Assembly (NCBI GenBank): GCA_000165425.1
Contig: CT868130.1
Coordinates: 434,001 to 498,000 of the forward strand
Direction: 5' to 3'
Length of the DNA stretch: 64,000 nucleotides
Origin: Paramecium tetraurelia
Taxonomy: Eukaryota
A model generated the notes under the pieces. That model was not told the origin of the DNA. It saw only the letters and a program-made list of their open reading frames with translations, and ran no database searches. Positions 53,950-64,000 of this stretch are shown in pieces (position 1 is the first letter of the stretch; every line of letters starts with the position of its first letter). The position numbers were made by a program, and so were the translations under genes.

Positions 53950-55598
53950 ATGCAATAATTTGAGAAGGATTTCGAAGGTGATCTATCTTTCAGAAAAATA
54001 ATTAACATGCCCACCAAATTAACTAAAGAACAGATCTACTCCTGCAATCCAATGTATTATGTTATTCTTAATCGTATAGGACAATCGAGTAAAATTATTT
54101 GATTGACACAGAAATTAAATTAAACAATGTTATCACCACTATAAACACCTTAAATATTAATCCTGATTCTCCTAAAACCAAAAAGTCGCTTGAAATTTGC
54201 AATCTCTAATACGACCAACTATTACAAAAGTAATTACTTATTCTTATTTTCCTACAGAGAACTTGTTGATTTTAGAATCCAAGGAGAATTAATTTAATTT
54301 ACAGAGAAAAGATATTTGATTCATTAGCTGCAAATTGCATAATTAAGAAAATAAGTTATTTTGCAAAGAAATAAATTAAAAAATGAGTAAAGATTACATA
54401 AAAGAAAACGACCCCATAATCTAGATTAAAGTGTTAGCAGGTACTAAACTATCCAAATTAGGTAGTATTCAATACAGCGAACATTTAAAAAGTCCGACTG
54501 AAATGATTGAAAGCTGGATTGAAACACATTTTAATAAAAGTCAAAAATATTAAGCAAAATTATCAAAAATAAGATAATAGTAAGAAGAACAGGAAAAGAA
54601 GGAGGTTGAATAATAAGTTGAATTTGTGTAATCTTTGAATTAAAGAACTGAAAAAAAGAGATAAAAAAGATTATTGACAATTTAATAAAGGAAGGAGAGA
54701 GCAAAAGAATTGAATTCAAGAAGTATTGAAATTCAAAGAAAAGTCAAAGAGACTTAATTTGAAACTCTTAAGCAATCTTAAGTCAGATAATAAATAGATA
54801 GATAGGCATCGATAAACTTGTAATTATATTTAATGTATTTAGAGATAAGAAGATTGATTAATTGAAACAACAGTTCTCAGAACAACTCCAATAATAATCC
54901 TAAATTTATCAAGAGAAACAATAAAAAGCAGTTTAAATTAAATAAGAATGTGACCTAAATAAATAGATAGTTGCAAAATTATAATTATTAAAAACTGAAA
55001 GAAATAGTGAACCTCATAGCAATAATAATAATAAATAATCGAAGGTTGATTTATGGTCTGTTAGATTACCTTAATTATTACATAAGAAGGAAGAAGTATA
55101 ATAATAAGAATACAACAATAATTTGGTTTATGTAGTTAATAAATTTCGAAGAGTCAGTATGTATAAATCTATAAAATCTGCTCATTCATAAGAAGATTTA
55201 ACTTAAAAATAATAAATGTAAAGAGAAAGATATTCATCCAAATAAGAATATTTTCAACATCGAGGAGAATAAGTATAAGTTAAATTAAAGAAGAAGGATG
55301 AACATTTGTAAAGTTTGTAATTAAAAAAATAGAATGATTTAGAGAACAAATTTTCAAAAATTAAAAATTAAATTGAAGAAAATGAAACAAGACATGAACA
55401 TATCTAAAAACAATATTAAGAAAAATTAATCTAATAATTGAATAAAGAGATTAGTAAACATAAATATAACTTAAGTTTAATAAAATAAAGAGATAAAGCA
55501 GTTGAAGATTTAAAGTACATCTAATTTTTTATTTTAGATTTTTAAGGCAATTTGATAAGAGCAAATCCTCATCATCGTTAACAAAAATACAAAAATGA
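53950..55598 (+). CDS. Hypothetical coiled-coil protein
   Basis: MQQFEKDFEGDLSFRKII...; several short introns keep the frame open; K/E/Q-rich; TGA 55596-55598. Confidence 0.7.
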
Positions 55599-56362
55599 TT
55601 ATTTATTTAAAATAATGTATGTTAACTCATACAAGAAATATCAAATTCAATTTATTCTTTCCTATTATTATAAAGATACATTTTGGTGTTTGTCAAAAAA
55701 TCTAATAATCTTAATTATAATATAAATTTCTAAAAATATTCAACACTTCCTTAATTTTACTTTTATTAAATCCTTTTTGTTACCTATATCATATTAGCAT
55801 CCTTTGTGCTTCCCTAAAAACATCTTTTCTTTTGTAATTTAAACTTATGTATCTATTCTTACCTTATTTATTTATTTTTTATCAAAATTTATTTGTAAAT
55901 CATTAGGCAAGCATTGATTCATCATTATTCTAAATTTTGTGAACTATTTAGTAAACAAATTAATTAGTAATTGGATGAGGAATAACATAACTCAAGTTCA
56001 ACAGAATTTTATTAAGTTAATTTTTATTTTTTAATGATAAAAATAGTCCGTTTGCGAATATTTTCTACGAATGCAATTATTGAAGAAATATGAAATTTAT
56101 CATTTTTATTAAAAAGTTAGTTGATTGTAGTAAATCATAAAATTTGAATAATAAATTAAATTTTATTTTCTTAGGTTACTTAGTTAATAAGAAGCGAAAA
56201 AGTAATCAGAATTTGAAAAATTATTATATATAAGGTTAATATTACATCTCATTTTTTGGATAATTTTGTTTATTAGCGTGGTTAATCTATAAATTTTATT
56301 TTATAAATATATTTGAAAGATGGAATAATTTAGATTATGGTGATTCAAAATAGGGTTTGTTA

Positions 56363-56723
56363 TGGATTTGTATGAAAATTGGGAATAGTAAAAATTTGAT
56401 AATAAAAATAAATTAAATATGATTAATGATCTCCAAATAATAGCAGATACTTAAAATTTATATGATTTATATCCAACAAATAACTCCTGCCCTATAGGGG
56501 AACTTATAGAGGAATATTCTTAAAACAAAAGACACTATGTAAGTTCATTATGTTTCTAATTAAAAAAGTACTATAAATAGAAATCATTAACTTTAGAAAA
56601 ATCAAACGACCACAGAATCGGCCAAGTGTATTGAAGATAGAAGATAGTGGAAGAAATGTTAAAATATATTAGAATACTCCAAGCTAAAATAATTTAGAGA
56701 GAATGGAAAATGAAACACAATGA
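56363..56723 (+). CDS. Small hypothetical protein or gene remnant
   Basis: ORF MDLYENWEQQKFDNKNKLNM... of about 90 codons; an overlapping second frame (KRPQNRPSVLKIEDSGR) ends at TGA 56721-56723; structure unresolved. Confidence 0.3.
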
Positions 56724-56975
56724 CTTGCATTCCCAATAAAAAGATTTGGAACTTAGTTATTATATATATTATTATATATATATGAAATTAAAATCAATAA
56801 TATCTTATAATTATTTGAAGATTTGTTATTCCGATAAGAACTTCTATATTCTTTTTTCAGATAATATTATTATTAAATATTTGATTCTAGCCAAACATAA
56901 GTTTATTCACATATCTATTTTAATAAAATAGAAATTTGATTTGTATTTAACAATTATTTATTTTTATTCATTTTA

Positions 56976-58159
56976 ATGGATTTCAGCTATCTTAAACCTC
57001 CGAAATAAGCAATGCAAATAAAACACGCTGGTATTTTGCAATTATCTAAATAGATGAATACATTAAGTATTAAGTGGATGGCAAATTAAAACGAAATGTG
57101 TTTTATAATGTTGAATTTGAAGAGTTTGAAGAAGAAATGATTAAAAAATTAGAGGACCTAATCAGGAAAAGAAAGGTTTAGTTACCAGAATAATGGGATA
57201 AATAAACTGCATTAAAATTCTGTTATTCTGGTAATTTTGACATTGAGATGACTTTTTAAACACTCATAAATTATTTGAAATGGAAGGAGAATCCCGAATA
57301 TCAAATATTGACTTCGGCAGGAGAAGATATTTTAGTAATTGTATTTATTGCATTTAAGAAAAAAGGAGTTATCTTTAGTTTGGGAAGAGACAAGCAATAC
57401 AGACCATTAATTTTTATTTAGGTTTCAAAAATAAGCACAAATATTGTAATAAATTCATTCATTCATTCTATAGGAATAATTACCACCAATACTCAATGCT
57501 ATGTGTGTACTCTTAAATTACATATAAAAATTTATGTTAGTACCCTATTATGTAGAAAAATGGAGAATTATTGTGGATTTAAATGATATCAGTTTATTCA
57601 GACTACCTCATCAAGTAATTTGAAATCTATCTCATTTCAAGATAATTAAATAAATTATTGATGTAACCTAATCTAACTACACTGCTTCCTTGGAATAATT
57701 GCATCTACTGAATCCACCTTTCTTTTTAGTAGCAGCTTGGAAGTTAGTAGAAAGTATCAAAATAATCATATATCCAAAGAGTTGATGCATCCAGAAACTG
57801 CAAAAAAGATATAATTCTGCAAAGACCCAAGTTATCTTTAAGAATATATTAATGAAGACTAATTAATGTTAAGATACAAAGGAACTTTGCCAAACATAGC
57901 TTGCTTATGGTAATATCTTAATTTGATTATTTGAAGGCCAATAATAAATACTTATAGGGGAATGGGAGAAAGCAATCATAGGAATATGATGGAGAGTGGT
58001 GTTAAACAAATGGGAGAAAGTGTTTAGAAGAACCATATGGTAGAAAGTGCCTATTTGAGCATGTTTGAATCTTAATACTATACGATATTAACTTAGAAAG
58101 AAATTGAATTAAGCAAGCCATAAGTAAAAGGATAGTGTTGTGCCTGCAACATTATGTGA
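56976..58159 (+). CDS. Sec14/CRAL-TRIO lipid-binding protein with C-terminal CaaX motif
   Basis: MDFSYLKPPKQA, LKFCYSGNF, SLGRDKQYRPLIFI, VPYYVEKWRIIVDL, MHPETAKKIQF; six short introns; ends KGQCCACNIM-TGA. Confidence 0.88.
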
Positions 58160-58790
58160 TAGTTAATTGATTTTATCTTATAAATTAAAATCAGTAAATT
58201 GATAAATCTTAAGAGCTTTTACAAAAAGCATGCCAAAGTAATGTAATATGTTTGACTATCTCTTCATCTTATTGTAATATTGAAGGAAATCAATAACATT
58301 TAAAAAATCCCAAACAGTTCTATTTAAAATCGTAAATCTCCTCTAACATCAAAATTGATTTAATAATAGTGAACTCTTGCCCAAAGTTCTCATAACATTA
58401 GTTTTAACAATTTGAAACAAAAAACCTTATGTTTTGAATTAATTAAGGAATTCTTTTGCAAACATGTTATATAACCTAATTGTAAAATACTATAATAAAA
58501 AAGGAAAATAAGTTTTGAGTTAGAAAGATCAGATTTGTAGATGTAAAGAAATTAATGGATTTTATCACACAAATTAACCTAATGAGTAAGAACTTGAGAA
58601 CAGATATCAAGTAAAATTATTAACATTTATACAGAGTTTAATGCAAAAATTATAATGAAATATTTAAAATATCTTTGTAAAATATCAGAGTTTTATAATA
58701 TAATGTACTTAATCAAAAACAAAAGATACACTTGTATTTTTACATATTTAAATTTGATATAATCTGATTTAATTAATAATATTTAATAAT

Positions 58791-60874
58791 ATGTCAATCA
58801 CAAGGATTGGTGTTTGTACAATGAACTAATTTGCGATGGATTTTAATTACAACCTCCAAAATATAATTGAAAGCATCGAGATATGTAAGAGAAAACAATG
58901 CCTATACCGAGTGGGTCCTGAATTAGAAGTTTGTGGTTATATGTGTGAGGATCATTTCTTGGAGTCAGATACTGTTACTCATTGCTGGTAAGAATTTTGA
59001 ATTATATACAAAGGGAAGCTTTATCAGAGATATTGCTTCACACAGATAATATTGTGTGTGATATTGGAATGCCTGTAATTCATAAAAGTGTGTTCTATAA
59101 TTGTAGAGTGATCCTTTTAAATAAGAAAATTCACTTAATAAGACCAAAGATATACTTGGCGGATGATGGCAATTACAGGGAGTCAAGGTATTTTACACCT
59201 TGGAGTAAAGAAATTGAGGAATTAGAACTACCGACTTTCATTTAAAAGATAACAGGATAAAAATGTGTACCCATTGGAGTCGCAATATTATAAACTCTAG
59301 ATACAGAAATAGGAATAGAAGTTTGTGAAGAGATGTGGACTCCAATTCCAACAAGTGCAAGTTAAGCACTTGATGGAGCTGAAATTATTTTAAATTCTAG
59401 TGGTTCTCATTTTTAGATTGGAAAGATAAAGGAGAGAACAGAATTATTCAAAGATATCACAAAAAGGAATGGTGCTTGTTATGCATTTTGTAATTTAAGA
59501 GGTTGTGATGGCAATAGACTATATTTTGATGGTTGTTCTTGCATAGTATTGAATGGAAAAGTGTTTGCAAAAAGTGATGCTTTTTCACTTAAAGATGTCG
59601 AAGTTACTACATGTGATATTGATTTATAAGAGATAAGAAACATTAGAATAAACATTAAAAGTAGATCTTTGATGGCTTCAAAATAAAAGCATTTCCCTAG
59701 AATCAAATTACACATTAATCTGACCTAATAATAAAACTACGTATATTATAGAGACATCCCCATTCAATATGAGTCTGAAGTAGAAGATTCTATGGCATGC
59801 TACTTATGGGATTATTTAAGAAGATCAGGAGCCTCAGGATTCATGCTTCCATTATCAGGAGGAGTTGATAGTGCTGCAACAGCTATTAGTGTATTTTACA
59901 TGGCCAACAAAATATTTAAAACTATATCAACCATTGACGATGACTATGGTAGTCATCATAAAGTGCTTAATCAACTTCGATAAATAGTCTAGGATGACTA
60001 ATTCAGTCCTAAATCTCCATAAGAAATTGTCAATAAAATCTTTTTTACTGTTTATTTGGGAACTCAAAATTCGTCTCCTGATTCCAAATATAGATCATAA
60101 CTTTTAGCAGAGTAAATAGGAAGTTAGCATTATGAAGTTAATATAGATGAAATTTGCAATGCCTGTCTAAGTGCTATCAAACCTATAGTAAAAGAGGATC
60201 CTTAATTTATTGCGAATGGGGGCACATTATCAGAAGATTTGGCATTGTAAAATATTTAGGCAAGATCAAGAATGATTATCACTTATTTATTGGCTTAACT
60301 TACTCCTTGGAATAATGGAAAGTAAGGATTCTTGATAGTTTTGGGTTCAAGCAATCTTGATGAATCCTTAAGAGGTTTCTTAACCAAATATGACTGTTCC
60401 AGTGCAGATATTAATCCTATTGGAAGTTTGAGCAAAAATGACTTAAAAGAACTTTTAGACTTTTGTTACAAGACTTTTCAATTTTCTGCCCTAAAGTTGA
60501 TTTTGGAAGCAAAGCCATCTCCAGAGTTAAGACCATTAACAGCTGAAGGACATGTTTCTGAAAAAGATATGGAATTAACTTTTGATGAATTAGAAACTTT
60601 TGCTAAGTTACGTAAAGTCCAAAAACTTGGCCCAGTCAGTTTATATAAAAAATTAAGGTATCTTTGGAGTGACATTTCACCAAAACAAGTAGCAGAAAAA
60701 GTTAAAAAGTTTTTCAAATTTTATGCCATTAATAGACATAAGGTTGTTAGTATAACTGCATCATTTCATGCATAATCATATTCTTGTGATGATAACCGCT
60801 TTGATTTTCGTTAATTCTTATACAATTGGAGATGGCCATGGCAATTTTAAAAAATTGATGAAAATTCTGAGTGA
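58791..60874 (+). CDS. NADSYN1: Glutamine-dependent NAD(+) synthetase
   Basis: Nitrilase domain ([45 protein letters not shown]) plus synthetase domain ([55 protein letters not shown]); one 26-nt intron gives 685 aa. Confidence 0.97.
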
Positions 60875-60932
60875 ATTATAAATAATTATCATAATTTCCT
60901 TAATATTATTCATATAAACCATTTAAAACAAT

Positions 60933-61961
60933 TCATAATTCAAGGCGGGATCCTAAGATCTCCTTTATAGTATTTTAACCTTCTTATTATGTTACTTTAG
61001 ATTTGATGGGTAAAATTGGATCTAAGAATTACAAAACCGATAATTATGATTCTAAAGTTTAATCAGTGATTAAGCATCCAATGTATTCAATTTAGTAATC
61101 CTCTCTAAAACAATCCTGTAGAGATTCCGTTAATTTACAATTATGGTATTTTATATGCTCCTTCTTGTCAAGTTGACCCAAACATTATTTTAAATGAAAT
61201 TATTTAGCATCATTATCATTAGAGAGTTGTACTATATTGCATTTGTCCCAAAATCTAATTAATTTATTATCTTCCAATTCTGCCCTTATAAATTAAAATA
61301 CAATTTCTTTAAATTTCTATTTGCATTATAATTCGATCAAAGCTTTAATACTTTTATACAAGTTCATTATTTATTACAATTCATCAGCATTATTAACTGC
61401 TATTTATATTAAATTTTTTGTTTTCACAATATTTTCATCCTTATAAATTTTTAGATTGCTGTGTATTACTTTCTCAAAGTCTTAGTTTATAGATAATAAA
61501 CTTATCATACTAGAATTCAGAAATCCAAAAATGCTAATTAAAATTTCATTTCCATCCTCCTTTTTCTTATCAAGTAATTTCAATATCTCTTATTAAAATT
61601 GCTATATTATTTCTTTTCTTTTTGATTTTTTATTTCCATTCACAATGATTAAACATGGTTTTTCAATAGGTTTTAATGTTTCCCTTGCTCTTAAATCTAT
61701 AGTTAATTTTTGATTGAAATATCTTAAAAACATCCCCTTATTATTGGAACTCCAAAACAAATCTGAGTTACCTCTTTTTAAAATCATGCTCTATTAAACT
61801 AACCCTAATCTTTTTGTCTAATTCATCTCCAAATTAACTGAATCATATGCTTCCGATTTGGTCATGCCATAGAATTGTAAATGCACTATTTTATTATTTT
61901 ATTCATCTTTTAATTTTTTTTCTTTTTCTTTAAGTTCCTTTCTTAACTACTATAAATCCAT
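60933..61961 (-). CDS. Divergent, probably catalytically dead kinesin-motor-like protein
   Basis: Intronless 342 aa; kinesin-like blocks in the expected order: CLIIVNGNKKSKRK (P-loop position), ILISIFGFLNSSMISLL, KNLIQIAVNNADEL, IRFWDKCN (switch II position), HLKQCLGQLDKKEHIKYHNCKLTESLQDCF, ESQLSVLQF. Confidence 0.65.
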
Positions 61962-61995
61962 AAAAATTATAAAATAAATAAATTAAATAGTTTAA

Positions 61996-64000
61996 TCAAA
62001 ATCTTATTGGAGTTATTGGTTTGATGATTGAAAAGGCAGGGAACTATCCCTTGGTTATAATTACCTTTTTTATAGGGCTATTTCGAGGATCAGGAAGGAA
62101 GTTAGGTAATTCACTTTTAGATTTTGCATGACTTATTGCATTTTGAACCTTACTTTCCGTAAATTTAATAGGCTATGACTGCAATATTTAATTTTATAAG
62201 GAAGCAAGAATTTATTGTTAGGCTTCTAATTATATTTTAATATCATCTATATCTTATTAAGTATTTTTCCCTTCTTGTGAATTAGAAACCTAAACATTTT
62301 GACTCTTTTAAGGCATCTAAAACTAAATCTACTTATTCTACTAATTATTTTGAATACACGACGAATGCTATGAAAGAGAGGCTATTTATTTTAAACTATT
62401 TATTGATTATTATTTTTCGGATTCCTTTGTTATATTCTTTTTTTTATTATAGTCATGTTGTTATTATTTTATAACTTGATTTTAAAATTCCACGTTTTAT
62501 ATATCTTATAATTGGATTAAAGATATCGATTTTTTGTGAATACTTTAACTTTAATTGATTGAATTTTCTTAGATTAAAATCTCTTAATTTTATTTCTTTA
62601 TCTGATCCTAATTAAGATTTTAGTGCATCCCTTATTTATTGAAATCCATGTAATCATTTTCAAAATTTTTAGAAAGTTACTCCTAAGATTAGTGAAAGGA
62701 ATGATTTTATAAAGATTAGTTATTTTAAATTTTTTAAATTTCTTATTGGTTCTTTACTGTAGAGTATTTAGAACTTTTAGTTCTCCTAGCTAATCTAGAT
62801 TATTTAATTTGAGAATTATCAAATAATAGGTCATCCAAATCTCTTTAGGAAACAATTTCCTTTTTACTTTAAGGCAATTCGACTTTTTATTATATATTAT
62901 CTTCATTCTAAATTTTAATAGTGTTAGGAGTTTTATCATGATAATTCACATTTTCAAAACTCTAAATATCATTTGAAAATAAGGATTGTTAATTATTTGT
63001 TATTTTAGACTATTCAAAATGAGGAGAGTCCTTAATAGAATCCCCTTATTTCCTCTTTAGTTCGAATCTCATTATGTCCTTAACTGATTTAATGAAGTCT
63101 TGATTAAAACTTTCAGAATATTGAGGATTACTATCAAATGAATCTATTGATCCATTAGTTATAGTAATAAATTTTGATTTAATATCAAAGTTTTAATATT
63201 CATTATCTAGTAATTATTATTCTTTCTTAAGATTCTCCAATTATTATTTTTATTGATCAATTATCTATTCCAAATATAGCTATTGTTTTTATATTAAAGT
63301 TATTTAATTTTAATCTTCATGTTTTTCGTAAACAATAGGTTTTAAATCTTTTTCAATATTACTTTATTGGCTTTATTTAATTTCGGTACTCTTAATCGGA
63401 TCAAAATTATTTGCAAAATCTTATTGGCTAAAGCTTAACTTTTTTGTTTAATCTATATCTTATTTTCTTCTTGAAGAACTCTCCGTCTCTATACTTTATT
63501 TTTATTAGACTTATGGAATTGTTATTTAATTTTAGACTATCTTAGGGTCTTTACGAGTTTTAGAAGATTGATTTTATGGGTAATTTTATTTATTCTTTTA
63601 GGACTTTTAGCGTTAAATGGAACCCTATTCTTTAATTTATTTTTCTCTAAAAGTAAACTTGTCGTTTTCCAAATTATCATCTTTAATAGAAATTAAATTA
63701 TCTAAATATTGGTTTTTTGATAAATTTTGGCATTTTTGCTTTTTTAATCCGATTTTTGCTTCAGCAGATTATTATTAATTGCTGTTATTTCTCTCTGTCT
63801 TAGAAACTAATTAATTTTGAGGTATTCTTGGAGAATCTTGAGTTTTCTGTTTCTTAAAAACTAGCAAAGGTTCCTTAATGTTTACATTTTATTTAATTTT
63901 ATTGTTATTATCTTATAATTATGATTTTAATTATAGTTATGTTTTAAGTCTATTATTTCTTTCACTCTTTAAATTTGTTGATACTTTGATCTATGATTCA
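61996..64000 (-). CDS. Low-complexity Gln/Asn/Lys-rich protein, 3' part (5' end beyond window)
   Basis: Long Gln-rich minus-strand frame ending LPNFLPDPRNSPIKKVIITKGQFPAFSIIKPITPIRF-TGA at 61996-61998. Confidence 0.7.

Noticed and set aside
6351..61787. Supplied six-frame ORFs taken as genes
   Set aside because: They treat TAA/TAG as stops. Most are antisense or off-frame, and the rest are fragments of longer code-6 genes.
1..64000. CRISPR array, operon, prophage or prokaryotic defence system
   Set aside because: The DNA is eukaryotic with introns; no repeat-spacer array or cas-like, phage or integrase motifs were seen.
1..64000. Telomeric repeats, transposons or retained IES
   Set aside because: No G4T2/G3T3 tracts, terminal inverted repeats or DDE/RT motifs were seen. 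Frame breaks in intact genes are explained by short introns. TA-bounded IESs cannot be identified without germline/soma comparison.

Overview
This is AT-rich, gene-dense eukaryotic DNA from a ciliate, almost certainly Paramecium somatic (macronuclear-type) sequence; the species cannot be fixed from sequence alone. TAA/TAG are read as Gln, TGA is the only stop (translation table 6), and introns are tiny (about 20-30 nt, GT..AG). The supplied ORF track stops at TAA/TAG, so it is fragmentary or antisense and was largely ignored. Manual translation gives about 35 protein-coding loci. Recognisable products are PX-domain and DENN-domain proteins, IFT74, a ULK-like kinase, CK2 alpha, CK1, two CAMK-type kinases, a Cys-rich surface protein, an HP1-like chromo/chromoshadow protein, crooked neck, RFC1, a tesmin/CXC protein, an ENT transporter, a Kazal-like surface protein, an ~2,700-aa coiled-coil protein, gamma-glutamyl hydrolase, NADP-IDH, a Sec14/CRAL-TRIO protein with a CaaX end and glutamine-dependent NAD synthetase. 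No rRNA, tRNA, transposon, telomeric repeat or CRISPR was seen. The main oddities are a kinesin-like fold with all nucleotide-binding motifs lost, an apparent GT-TG intron in CK2 alpha, an in-frame TGA-CTA near the start of the giant coiled-coil gene, a frameshifted trichocyst-matrix-protein pseudogene, an HP1-like protein with an incomplete aromatic cage, and divergent start codons only 20-38 bp apart. No clear novel multi-gene system was found. Product calls rest on motif recognition, not database searches; coordinates were counted by hand.
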